NCBI RefSeq assembly: GCF_017876815.1
Contig: NZ_JAGIOS010000001.1
Span: 1,920,001-1,952,000, forward strand
DNA: 32,000 nt
Direction: 5' to 3'
DNA from: Sinorhizobium meliloti
GTDB lineage: Bacteria > Pseudomonadota > Alphaproteobacteria > Rhizobiales > Rhizobiaceae
Shown here: positions 24,649 to 32,000 of the stretch, one piece after another
Position numbering within the stretch: the first letter of the stretch is position 1
Layout of the letters: the number at the start of each line of letters is the position of its first letter
Translations under genes and position numbers: made by a program
The notes under the pieces: model-generated
Told to the model about the DNA's origin: nothing
The model's database searches: none
The model's input: the letters and a program-made list of their open reading frames with translations, nothing else

Positions 24649-25674
24649 TTAGGCTGCCTTTTCGAAGTCCTTCGTCCAGCTTCCCTTGGCGGCGAGGCTG
24701 CACATCTTGGCGCGATGGGCGAAGGCGCGCTGACCGGCGGCGACGTTTTCCGACTTTCCGCCCCAGGCATTGAGCGCTTCCTGCTGCAGTGCCCGGCCAT
24801 AGGAGAAGGTAAGCTTCCAGGGCAGGTCGTGCGCTGCGTTCATGGCCGAAAGGTGGGCCGTCGCCTCTTCGGTCGATTGGCCGCCGGAGAGGAAGGCGAT
24901 GCCCGGAACAGCCGCCGGAACGGTGCGCTTCAGCACCTTGATGGTGCGTTCGGCGACCTCGTCGACGGACGCTTTGCGCGCTTTTTTGCCGTCGATCACC
25001 ATGCTCGGCTTCAGGATCATGCCTTCGAGCCTGACGCGGAGCTCGCCAAGTTCCTCGAAGACTGTGCGCAGGACCCATTCGGTGACTTCTTCCGAGCGCT
25101 CGATCGAGTGATCGCCGGGGGCGCCATCCATCAGCACTTCCGGCTCCACGATCGGTACGATCTTCGCCTCCTGGCAGAGCGCGGCATAACGGGCGAGCGC
25201 ATGGGCATTGGCCCTGATCGCGCCCCAGGTCGGGAGAGCGTCGGAAATCGCGATCACGCCCCGCCATTTGGCGAAGCGGGCGCCGGCCTCGTGATATCTG
25301 GCGAGGCGGGCGGCGAGCCCGTCGAGGCCTTCGGTTATCGTTTCATTCGGGAAATGGGCCATCGGCTTGGCACCGGTGTCGACCTTGATCCCCGGGATCG
25401 AGCCCGCGTTGCGGATGACGTCGGCGAGGGGCGTGCCGTCGGCAGCCTTCTGGAACAGTGTTTCCTCATAGAGGATGACGCCGGAGATATACTCGCGCAT
25501 CGCATCGTCCGAGCGCAGCAGCATCTCGCGATAGTCGCGGCGCGACGTCTCGGTGGACTCCAGGCCGATGCTGTCGAAGCGCTTCTTGATCGTTGCGGTC
25601 GACTCGTCTGCAGCGAGCAGGCCCCGGCCATGGGCGACCATGGCAACCGCAATGTCTTCCAGTCTTTCGCTCAT
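24649..25674 (-). CDS. fba: Fructose-bisphosphate aldolase, class I
   Basis: 341 aa, ...GRGLLAADESTATIKKRFDSIGLESTE...GVILYEETL...GIKVD..., the class I (Schiff-base) aldolase signature. Confidence 0.92.
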   Translation of the reverse strand: MSERLEDIAVAMVAHGRGLLAADESTATIKKRFDSIGLESTETSRRDYREMLLRSDDAMREYISGVILYEETLFQKAADGTPLADVIRNAGSIPGIKVDTGAKPMAHFPNETITEGLDGLAARLARYHEAGARFAKWRGVIAISDALPTWGAIRANAHALARYAALCQEAKIVPIVEPEVLMDGAPGDHSIERSEEVTEWVLRTVFEELGELRVRLEGMILKPSMVIDGKKARKASVDEVAERTIKVLKRTVPAAVPGIAFLSGGQSTEEATAHLSAMNAAHDLPWKLTFSYGRALQQEALNAWGGKSENVAAGQRAFAHRAKMCSLAAKGSWTKDFEKAA

Positions 25675-25822
25675 ATTCTTCTCCTACACACAGCGCCGAT
25701 CACCAGCGGAACAGCGAATGAAACCAATCTCGAACTGAGGCGCGAAAGCGTCGTTCGCACCTCAGGAACAAAGGCGCGTTAACAGAAGATACCGCGCGGG
25801 AAAATGGCAGTAAAACGGGCTA

Positions 25823-25849
25823 AAACGATTTAAATAATTTTAATCGTTT
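25823..25849. promoter_or_regulatory. Perfect 8-bp inverted repeat AAACGATT-N11-AATCGTTT in an AT-rich island upstream of fba
   Basis: Read directly from the sequence. It lies about 150-175 nt upstream of the fba ATG, in the most AT-rich stretch of the window (25801-25870). A TAAAACG direct repeat sits at 25811 and 25821. Confidence 0.35.
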
Positions 25850-26034
25850 GAAAAGGCATAATTATTTTTGATGGTCAGGTCAGAAGCTCTCCTCGAAAGC
25901 CCCTCACCCTAATCCTCTCCGTTCCGACGCTACGGCATGCACATATCTCTTGTTGTCCAGCCCTTCGCGGACAGTAGCGAGGCTTGCGGATGGGTCCATG
26001 GGATCAAACCCGTATGCGCTAGAGCAGATCCTGT

Positions 26035-26637
26035 TCAATCCGGGTCATACCCGGCAGCCCTGAAGTAGTTGGCACACTCGTCAGGAGTGAAGCGGGGTAT
26101 CAAGGCGCCGACTGCGTCCCACAGGGCATCGATCTTTCGCTCCGCGCGGCCTCGCAGCATGGCTTTCAGTTTCGAGAATGCATTCTCGATGGGATTGAAG
26201 TCTGGGCTATAGGGCGGGAGGAACATAAGCTTGGCCCCGGCGCGCTCGATGGCATCCCGCACACCGGATGTCTTGTGTGCTGGCAAGTTGTCCATGACTA
26301 CGACGTCCCCGGCCTGAAGGGTCGGCAGAAGTACCTGTTCGACATAGGCCAGGAAGACGTTGCCGTTCATCGCGCCGTCGTAGACAAACGGTGCGGTCAT
26401 TCCGGTTAGGCGCAAGGCGCCGGTGAAGGTCGTTGTCTTCCAGTGCCCGTGCGGTACGCCGGCCCGGCAACGTTCGCCTCGCAGTGCACGCCCGCGCAGA
26501 CGTGCCATCTTCGTGGAAAGGCCGGTTTCATCGATGAAGATCAGCTTCTCCGGATCGAGATCGAGCTGACCATCAAACCAGACGCGCCGGCGCTTCAGGA
26601 CATCCGGCCGGTCTTGCTCCAGTGCGTGTGCGGTCTT
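26035..26637 (-). CDS. IS630-family transposase catalytic part (orfB), reached by a -1 shift at the A7G run
   Basis: The -1 frame opens exactly at the A-run (a TAA closes it immediately 5'). It encodes [11 protein letters not shown]...LIFIDETG...[11 protein letters not shown]...[13 protein letters not shown]. There are 34 residues between the second Asp and the Glu, the DD(E) spacing of IS630/Tc1. The orfA-orfB fusion would be 315 aa. Confidence 0.8.
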   Translation of the reverse strand, partial: KTAHALEQDRPDVLKRRRVWFDGQLDLDPEKLIFIDETGLSTKMARLRGRALRGERCRAGVPHGHWKTTTFTGALRLTGMTAPFVYDGAMNGNVFLAYVEQVLLPTLQAGDVVVMDNLPAHKTSGVRDAIERAGAKLMFLPPYSPDFNPIENAFSKLKAMLRGRAERKIDALWDAVGALIPRFTPDECANYFRAAGYDPD

Positions 26638-26981
26638 TTTTTAAAGGTCCATCCTCGGCCTCGAAGCCAGGCGCCAAGTGCGCTACGGCTGATCTTCACC
26701 TGCCGTTCGACGGACAAGCGCTGGACCATTTCATCGAGCGTCACGTCCTTCCGCTCTTCGATCAGGGCGACAACAAATTCCTCGTGTGCGTCTACCGCCG
26801 ATGGCCGCCTCCAGCCCTGCGGCCGAGGGGTCAGCTCGCCCTCTTTCGCTCTCGCGATCCAGCGGATCGCTGTCGAGATCCCAACTCCGAACCGGGCTGC
26901 AGCCTGTCGAGCTGACATGCCCGCTGCAGACGCTTTCAAAACCCGTATTCGAAGATCGTCGCTCAGTGCCTGGCCCATCAT
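26595..26981 (-). CDS. IS630-family transposase, N-terminal HTH part (orfA)
   Basis: ATG ATG at 26981/26978 follows GAGG. The product is [49 protein letters not shown]..., a paired HTH domain. This frame ends 13 codons after the A7 run. Confidence 0.8.
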   Translation of the reverse strand: MMGQALSDDLRIRVLKASAAGMSARQAAARFGVGISTAIRWIARAKEGELTPRPQGWRRPSAVDAHEEFVVALIEERKDVTLDEMVQRLSVERQVKISRSALGAWLRGRGWTFKKRPHTHWSKTGRMS

Positions 26982-27087
26982 CCACCTCTTCGCTGTGGAT
27001 GTTGAATCAGCTTCGGCCTGCGTCGTCACTTCACAATCGATTCATCGATCGCAGCACGTGCTCTAGCATTGGCATTAGCGGTCACCC

Positions 27088-27251
27088 GCCCCTCATCCGC
27101 CTGCCGGCACCTTCTCCCCGCAGGCGGGGAGAAGGGACAAGCGGCGCCGACTGAACCCCGCATTCACCGCCCGCCCGAGGGCGCGAGCGGGGCGCGGCAT
27201 ATCCCTTCTCCCCGCCTGCGGGGAGAAGGTGGCGGCAGCCGGTTGAGGGGC
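27088..27251. repeat. Second composite palindromic repeat of the same family as 6038-6221
   Basis: 27088-27136 (GCCCCTCATCCGCCTGCCGGCACCTTCTCCCCGCAGGCGGGGAGAAGGGA) is in forward orientation, with a perfect internal 12-bp hairpin. 27203-27251 is a diverged inverted copy. Confidence 0.85.
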
Positions 27252-27392
27252 AATCCCGACCGAGCGGGGTTGAGGCGGTTGGGTTCCCGAGGGATCCCTT
27301 TCATGAGCAGTATCCGCCGCACCGGACCGCAAGAGATATGTGCATGCCATAGCGTTCCGACGGGGAGAGGGGACTGAAAGTCGCCGCGAATC

Positions 27393-27443
27393 TCCTTCGC
27401 CCCGCTTGCGGGGAGAAGGTGGCCGGCAGGCCGGATGAGGGGC
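27393..27443. repeat. Solo inverted copy of the same ~50-nt module, directly downstream of pgk
   Basis: TCCTTCGCCCCGCTTGCGGGGAGAAGGTGGCCGGCAGGCCGGATGAGGGGC differs from 6171-6221 only at its third base. Confidence 0.9.
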
Positions 27444-27454
27444 TGAAGCCGAGC

Positions 27455-28654
27455 TCAGTTCCGCTGCCGGAGAACATCTACGCCCGGCAAGGGCTTGCCT
27501 TCCATCCATTCGAGGAAGGCGCCGCCGGCGGTCGAGACATAGGTGAAATCGTCCGCGACCTCGGCATGGTTGAGTGCTGCGACCGTGTCGCCGCCGCCGG
27601 CGACGGAGACGAGCGAGCCGGCGCGGGTGCGGGCTGCCGCGTGTTTCGCCGCCGCCACGGTCGCCCTGTCGAAGGGCGCGATCTCGAACGCGCCGAGCGG
27701 GCCATTCCACACGAGGGTTTCGGCGCGCGAGATCCATTCGTTGATGGCCTCGATCGATTTCGGCCCGACGTCAAGCACCATGGCGTCGGCAGGGATGGCC
27801 TTGATATCGACGACCTCGTTGTCGGCACCGGCCTTGAACTCACGGGCAACGACGCCGTCGACCGGAAGCACGATTGCGCATCCCGCTTCCGAGGCGGCCG
27901 CGAGGATGGCCTTGGCGGTCTCCGCAAGATCGTGCTCGCAGAGCGACTTTCCGACATCGACGCCTTGCGCCGCGAGGAAGGTGTTGGCCATGCCGCCGCC
28001 GATGACCAGCGCGTCGACCTTCTTCACGAGGTTCTGCAGAAGGTCGATCTTGGTCGAGACCTTGGCGCCGCCGACGATCGCGACGACCGGGCGCTTCGGA
28101 TTGCCGAGCCCCTTTTCAAGCGCTTCGAGCTCCGCCTGCATGGTGCGGCCGGCATAGGCGGGAAGGTGATGGGCAAGCCCCTCGGTCGAGGCGTGGGCGC
28201 GATGGGCGGCGGAGAAGGCGTCGTTGACATAGATGTCGCCATTGGCGGCGAGCGCCGTCACGAAGTCCGAATCGTTCTTCTCCTCGCCCTTGTGGAAGCG
28301 GGTATTCTCGAGCAGCAGCACTTCGCCGTCGTTCAATTCGGCAATGGCGTTGGCGGCCTTGTCGCCGATGCAGTCGGCAGCGAAATAGACGCGCTGGTCG
28401 AGGATCTCCTCGACGGCGGAGGCGATCGCCTTCAGCGACATGTCGGCGACGGGCTCGCCCTTCGGCCGGCCGAAATGCGCGAGCAGAACGACTTTCGCGC
28501 CCTTCTCGGAGAGTTCGCGAATGGTCGGCGCCACGCGCTCGATGCGGGTGGTGTCGGTCACCTGGCCGTCCTTGACAGGCACGTTCAGATCGACGCGCAC
28601 GAGAACGCGCTTGCCGGCGATGTCGGTCAGATCGTCGAGAGTCTTGAAAGTCAT
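27455..28654 (-). CDS. pgk: Phosphoglycerate kinase
   Basis: 399 aa, [45 protein letters not shown]...[15 protein letters not shown]..., canonical PGK. Confidence 0.95.
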   Translation of the reverse strand: MTFKTLDDLTDIAGKRVLVRVDLNVPVKDGQVTDTTRIERVAPTIRELSEKGAKVVLLAHFGRPKGEPVADMSLKAIASAVEEILDQRVYFAADCIGDKAANAIAELNDGEVLLLENTRFHKGEEKNDSDFVTALAANGDIYVNDAFSAAHRAHASTEGLAHHLPAYAGRTMQAELEALEKGLGNPKRPVVAIVGGAKVSTKIDLLQNLVKKVDALVIGGGMANTFLAAQGVDVGKSLCEHDLAETAKAILAAASEAGCAIVLPVDGVVAREFKAGADNEVVDIKAIPADAMVLDVGPKSIEAINEWISRAETLVWNGPLGAFEIAPFDRATVAAAKHAAARTRAGSLVSVAGGGDTVAALNHAEVADDFTYVSTAGGAFLEWMEGKPLPGVDVLRQRN

Positions 28655-29244
28655 CAGATGGTCTCCGGTGATAGTCTCTGGAACAGGGTAGGGTAGTCGA
28701 GGACGAGGCCGTCCTCGTCCACCGGCAGGTCCGCCGTGAAGCTGCCGTCCGCCGCCTCGTAGCGGTAGAGCTTGCCGTCATCGAGGCAGGTATAATGCTG
28801 GCCGTCGACGGTCGGTTCGAAGCTGTCGAAGGGCACGTAAAGCATGTTGAGCCTGGCGGTGCCGGATTGCCGGGTGAGGCCCAGGCGGCGGATCGGCAGC
28901 GTGTTCGTGAAGGGCGTGCCGGCGAGGTCGATATCGACGCAGCCATCGAATTGCGGCAAGGCCGTTCCGTCTGCTTTGCGCCAATGGCCGTGCCCATCGG
29001 ACATGAGGTGCAGCCTCTGCCCTTGGGTCGTTTCTATGAGAAAGGAAAAGACGCGCCAGCCGGCATCGCAGTCGATTCGGTAGCGGGCGCCATAGGCCGT
29101 TGCGCCGCGTTCGCCGATGAGAACGCTTTCGGCGCGGATGGCCGCGCCGAGCGATGTATCGATAGTCCTGAGCGTCAGATGTTCGAGCCCTTCCCCTTCG
29201 AGCGGACGCCAGCGCACCGTCGTTGAGGAAAGAGCCCGGAACAT
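28654..29244 (-). CDS. Conserved hypothetical protein, resembling the putative glycolipid-binding (former DUF1089) family
   Basis: Start moved to ATG 29242-29244, 5 nt after the gap stop. The product (196 aa) is [25 protein letters not shown]...[14 protein letters not shown]...[18 protein letters not shown].... Its stop overlaps the pgk start as TGATG. Family recognition is from memory. Confidence 0.65.
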   Translation of the reverse strand: MFRALSSTTVRWRPLEGEGLEHLTLRTIDTSLGAAIRAESVLIGERGATAYGARYRIDCDAGWRVFSFLIETTQGQRLHLMSDGHGHWRKADGTALPQFDGCVDIDLAGTPFTNTLPIRRLGLTRQSGTARLNMLYVPFDSFEPTVDGQHYTCLDDGKLYRYEAADGSFTADLPVDEDGLVLDYPTLFQRLSPETI

Positions 29245-29249
29245 CGGTC

Positions 29250-30260
29250 TTAGATGAGCTTGCTCAGGGCAACCGCCGTGTCCGACATGCGGTTGGAGAA
29301 GCCCCATTCATTGTCGTACCAGGACAGGATCGAGACGAACTTGCCTTCCATCACCTTGGTCTGGTCCATGTGGAAGACCGAGGAACGCGGATCGTGGTTG
29401 AAGTCGATCGAGACGTTCGGAGCGAGCGTGTAGCCGAGAACGCCCTTGAGCGGGCCGTCGGCGGCAGCCTTGATGGCCGCGTTGATTTCCTCCTTGGTCG
29501 TCTCGCGCTTGGCGACGAACTTCAGGTCGACCACCGAGACGTTCGGGGTCGGGACGCGCACGGAGATACCGTCGAGCTTGCCCTTGAGTTCCGGCAGCAC
29601 GAGACCGACCGCCTTTGCAGCTCCCGTAGAGGTCGGGATCATCGACAGCGCCGCGGCGCGTGCACGGTAGAGATCCTTGTGCATCTGGTCGAGCGACGGC
29701 TGGTCGTTGGTGTAGGAGTGGATCGTCGTCATCATGCCGTGATCGATGCCGACGGCATCGTGCAGCACCTTGGCGACCGGTACCAGGCAGTTGGTCGTGC
29801 AGGATGCGTTGGAGATGACGAGATGATCCTTCGTCAGCTTGTCGTGGTTGACGCCGTAGACGACGGTCAGGTCCGCGCCGTCGGCCGGAGCCGAGACGAT
29901 GACGCGCTTGGCGCCGGCTTCCAGATGAGCGGCTGCCTTGTCGCGGGCGGTGAAGATGCCGGTGCACTCCATGGCGATGTCGACGCCGAGTTCCTTGTGC
30001 GGCAGTTCTGCCGGATTGCGGATCGCGGTCACCTTGATCGGCTTGCCGTTGTTGATGACGATCGCGTCGCCGTCGACCTTCACGTCGGCCGGAAAGCGGC
30101 CGTGGATGGAATCGAAGCGCAGCAGGTGAGCGTTGGTCTCGACCGGACCGAGGTCGTTGATGGCAACGACTTCGATGTCCGTGCGGCCGGATTCGACGAT
30201 GGCGCGGAGAACGTTGCGGCCGATGCGGCCAAAACCGTTGATGGCGACTTTCACTGTCAT
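29250..30260 (-). CDS. gap: Glyceraldehyde-3-phosphate dehydrogenase
   Basis: 336 aa, [20 protein letters not shown]...[10 protein letters not shown]...[11 protein letters not shown]. Confidence 0.95.
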   Translation of the reverse strand: MTVKVAINGFGRIGRNVLRAIVESGRTDIEVVAINDLGPVETNAHLLRFDSIHGRFPADVKVDGDAIVINNGKPIKVTAIRNPAELPHKELGVDIAMECTGIFTARDKAAAHLEAGAKRVIVSAPADGADLTVVYGVNHDKLTKDHLVISNASCTTNCLVPVAKVLHDAVGIDHGMMTTIHSYTNDQPSLDQMHKDLYRARAAALSMIPTSTGAAKAVGLVLPELKGKLDGISVRVPTPNVSVVDLKFVAKRETTKEEINAAIKAAADGPLKGVLGYTLAPNVSIDFNHDPRSSVFHMDQTKVMEGKFVSILSWYDNEWGFSNRMSDTAVALSKLI

Positions 30261-30329
30261 ATCGGGTCTCTCCCTGTCAGAATGCGTGTGGTGGGAAGGA
30301 GGACATCCGGGAATGTCCTCCAGGCTTGA

Positions 30330-32000
30330 TCAGGACAGCTTGGCTTCGGCGGACGCAACCACGACTTCTGGCGTAATGCCGAAGTGCTTGTAGAGATCCT
30401 TGTAGGGGCCCGAAGCACCGAAGCTCGACATGCCGATGAAGATGCCATCGTTGCCGATGAAGTGGTCCCAGCCCTGGCGGATGCCGGCTTCGACGGCGAT
30501 CTTGACCGGCGACGTGCCGATGATCGCCTGCTGGTAGTCCTCGCTCTGCTCGGCGAAGAGCTCGAAGCAGGGGACGGAGACGACGCGCGTCGCGATGCCC
30601 TTGGCGGTCAGCGTCTGGCAGGCCTTGACGGCGATCTCGACTTCCGAGCCGGTGGCGAAGATCGTCACCTGCGCATCGCTTGCGGAGATCAGGTCATAGG
30701 CGCCGCGGGCGCAGAGGTTCTGTTCCTCGTATTCCGTGCGCACCGCCATCAGGTTCTGGCGGGTGAGCGCAAGACCGGAGGGGCGCTTGCGGTTTTCCAG
30801 GGCGAGCTGCCAGCATTCGGCGGTCTCCGTCGCATCCGCGGGGCGGAACATCAGGAGATTGGGGATGGCCCGAAGCGCGGCCATGTGCTCGACCGGCTGG
30901 TGGGTCGGCCCGTCCTCGCCGAGACCGATGGAATCATGCGTGAGCACGTGGATGACGCGGATGCCCATGAGCGCGGCAAGGCGGATCGACGGGCGGCAAT
31001 AATCCGAGAAGATCAGGAAGCCGCCGGAATAGGGGATGAGGCCGCCATGCAGCGCCATGCCGTTCATTGCGGCCGCCATGCCGTGCTCGCGCACGCCGTA
31101 GTGGATGTAGCGGCCGGAGAAATCGTCCGGGGTGATGGAGTGTGTCTGGCTCGTCTTGGTATTGTTGGAGCCGGTCAGGTCGGCAGAGCCGCCGATCGTC
31201 TCGGCAAGTACGCCGTTGATGACTTCCAGCGCATCCTCCGAAGCCTTGCGCGTCGCCGGCGAGGGCTTGGTCTCGGCAAGCTTCTGCTTGTAGGCGCCGA
31301 TCGCAGAGGCGAGGCTGCCTTCGAGCTCGCCGGAGAAGCGGCGGACGAACTGCGCCTTCTTCTCCGCCTCAGCGGCTTCGAGCCGTTCTTCCCATTCCTT
31401 GCGCGCCTTGGCCGACCGCAGGCCTGCGATGCGCCAGGCGTCGAGCACGTCGGAGGGAACCGTGAACGCCTCGGCTTCCCAGCCGAGCGCCTTGCGGGTG
31501 GCGGCGATTTCCTCGGCGCCGAGCGGGGAGCCGTGGACCTTGTGCGTACCGGCCTTGTTCGGCGCACCGAAGCCGATCACGGTCTTGCAGGCGATCATGG
31601 TCGGCTTGTCGGACTTGTGAGCCTCTTCGATCGCGGCGGCGATCGCTTCGGGATCATGGCCGTCGACGGCGATCGTGTGCCATTTGCTGGCGCGGAAGCG
31701 GGCGTGCTGGTCGGTCGAGTCGGCAATGGAGATCGGACCGTCGATCGAGATGTTGTTGTCGTCCCAGAAGACGATCAGCTTGTTGAGCTTCAGGTGGCCG
31801 GCAAGCGCGATCGCTTCCTGACTGATCCCTTCCATCAGGCAGCCGTCGCCGGCGAGCACATAGGTATAATGCTCCATCAGTTCGCTGCCGAACTCTTCGC
31901 GCAGCTTGCGCTCGGCGATCGCCATGCCGACGGAATTGGCAATGCCCTGGCCGAGCGGACCCGTGGTCGTCTCGATGCCGGCGGCGTGGCCGTATTCCGG
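30330..32000 (-). CDS. tkt: Transketolase (C-terminal ~555 codons; the N-terminus lies beyond the window)
   Basis: The reading frame stays open to base 32000 (…[33 protein letters not shown]…). It contains the TPP-binding and pyrimidine-binding domain motifs ([25 protein letters not shown]). Confidence 0.93.
   Translation of the reverse strand, partial: PEYGHAAGIETTTGPLGQGIANSVGMAIAERKLREEFGSELMEHYTYVLAGDGCLMEGISQEAIALAGHLKLNKLIVFWDDNNISIDGPISIADSTDQHARFRASKWHTIAVDGHDPEAIAAAIEEAHKSDKPTMIACKTVIGFGAPNKAGTHKVHGSPLGAEEIAATRKALGWEAEAFTVPSDVLDAWRIAGLRSAKARKEWEERLEAAEAEKKAQFVRRFSGELEGSLASAIGAYKQKLAETKPSPATRKASEDALEVINGVLAETIGGSADLTGSNNTKTSQTHSITPDDFSGRYIHYGVREHGMAAAMNGMALHGGLIPYSGGFLIFSDYCRPSIRLAALMGIRVIHVLTHDSIGLGEDGPTHQPVEHMAALRAIPNLLMFRPADATETAECWQLALENRKRPSGLALTRQNLMAVRTEYEEQNLCARGAYDLISASDAQVTIFATGSEVEIAVKACQTLTAKGIATRVVSVPCFELFAEQSEDYQQAIIGTSPVKIAVEAGIRQGWDHFIGNDGIFIGMSSFGASGPYKDLYKHFGITPEVVVASAEAKLS

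Larger units (their letters stand above)
26022..27063 (-). mobile_element. IS630-family insertion sequence (1042 bp) with a TA target duplication in a CTAG site
   Basis: The ends are GAGCAGATCCTG... and ...CAGCACGTGCTC, imperfect inverted repeats matching at 9 of the first 12 positions. TA is present at 26020-26021 and 27064-27065. The reconstructed target GCTAGC contains CTAG, the known IS630 preference. It carries a two-frame DDE transposase and resembles Sinorhizobium IS630-type elements such as ISRm2011-2, from memory and not aligned. Confidence 0.85.
25928..27354. mobile_element. MITE-like non-autonomous element (about 383 bp without its IS insert) bounded by 25-bp terminal inverted repeats and a direct-repeat duplication
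   Basis: CGCTACGGCATGCACATATCTCTTG (25928-25952) matches the reverse complement of CAAGAGATATGTGCATGCCATAGCG (27330-27354) at 24 of 25 positions. TTCCGA flanks both ends directly (25922-25927 and 27355-27360), extendable to GTTCCGAC if the terminal C/G pair is assigned to the duplication. Apart from the inserted IS there is no ORF inside. Confidence 0.65.

Noticed and set aside
24122-25267. 381-aa minus-strand ORF overlapping both the PhzF-like gene and fba in other frames
   Set aside because: It spans a terminator and two genes with strong family signatures. The product is extremely Arg/Pro-rich.
25830-25843. A TTAA...TTAA pair upstream of fba, considered as a CtrA box
   Set aside because: The spacing is N6, not N7. 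It belongs to the AT-rich inverted repeat and is not a CtrA-type site.
1-32000. CRISPR arrays, tRNA, rRNA or tmRNA genes, prophage or integrase genes, toxin-antitoxin pairs
   Set aside because: No regularly spaced direct repeats were seen, and the intergenic regions show no cloverleaf-like or rRNA-like sequences. The only recombinase-type gene is the IS630 transposase. This was a scan by eye, so tRNAscan and Infernal should confirm it.

Overview
This is a GC-rich alphaproteobacterial core-chromosome window. Gene content and repeat families suggest Rhizobiaceae, most like Sinorhizobium/Ensifer; that assignment comes from recognition, not a search. About 35 protein genes are supported. They include a glycolysis/pentose cluster on the minus strand (tkt-gap-[small unknown gene]-pgk ... 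fba), pyk, purE-purK, suhB, and ribosomal proteins L31 and L36 (L36 is missing from the ORF track). There is also a MsbA-like ABC exporter, an MFS transporter, a TauE/ArsR pair, a class III adenylate cyclase with TPR domains, and a PhzF-like isomerase. Several alphaproteobacterial cell-cycle or conserved-unknown genes are present: GapR/DUF2312, RcdA/DUF1465, DUF1192, DUF1036, DUF1244, two DUF465 genes and a DUF882 peptidase. No rRNA, tRNA or CRISPR array was seen. Four things stand out. (1) An orphan two-gene MotA/ExbB-like plus MotB/OmpA-like stator-type module (14020-16157) has unusual coiled-coil extensions and no flagellar, Tol or Ton neighbours. (2) The only two exact CtrA-type boxes (TTAA-N7-TTAA) found in the window lie upstream of rcdA, next to a structured, terminator-capped candidate sRNA or 3' UTR. 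(3) The pgk-fba spacer holds a triple-nested mobile structure: an IS630-family element with a TA duplication and an A7G -1 frameshift window, inside a ~383-bp MITE-like element with 25-bp terminal inverted repeats and a direct-repeat duplication, inside a palindromic repeat hairpin. (4) Five copies of a ~50-nt nested-palindrome module (RIME/REP-like) sit downstream of pyk and pgk. Most long ORFs antisense to these genes are high-GC artefacts. All functional calls rest on motif recognition from the translations and need HMM or BLAST confirmation.
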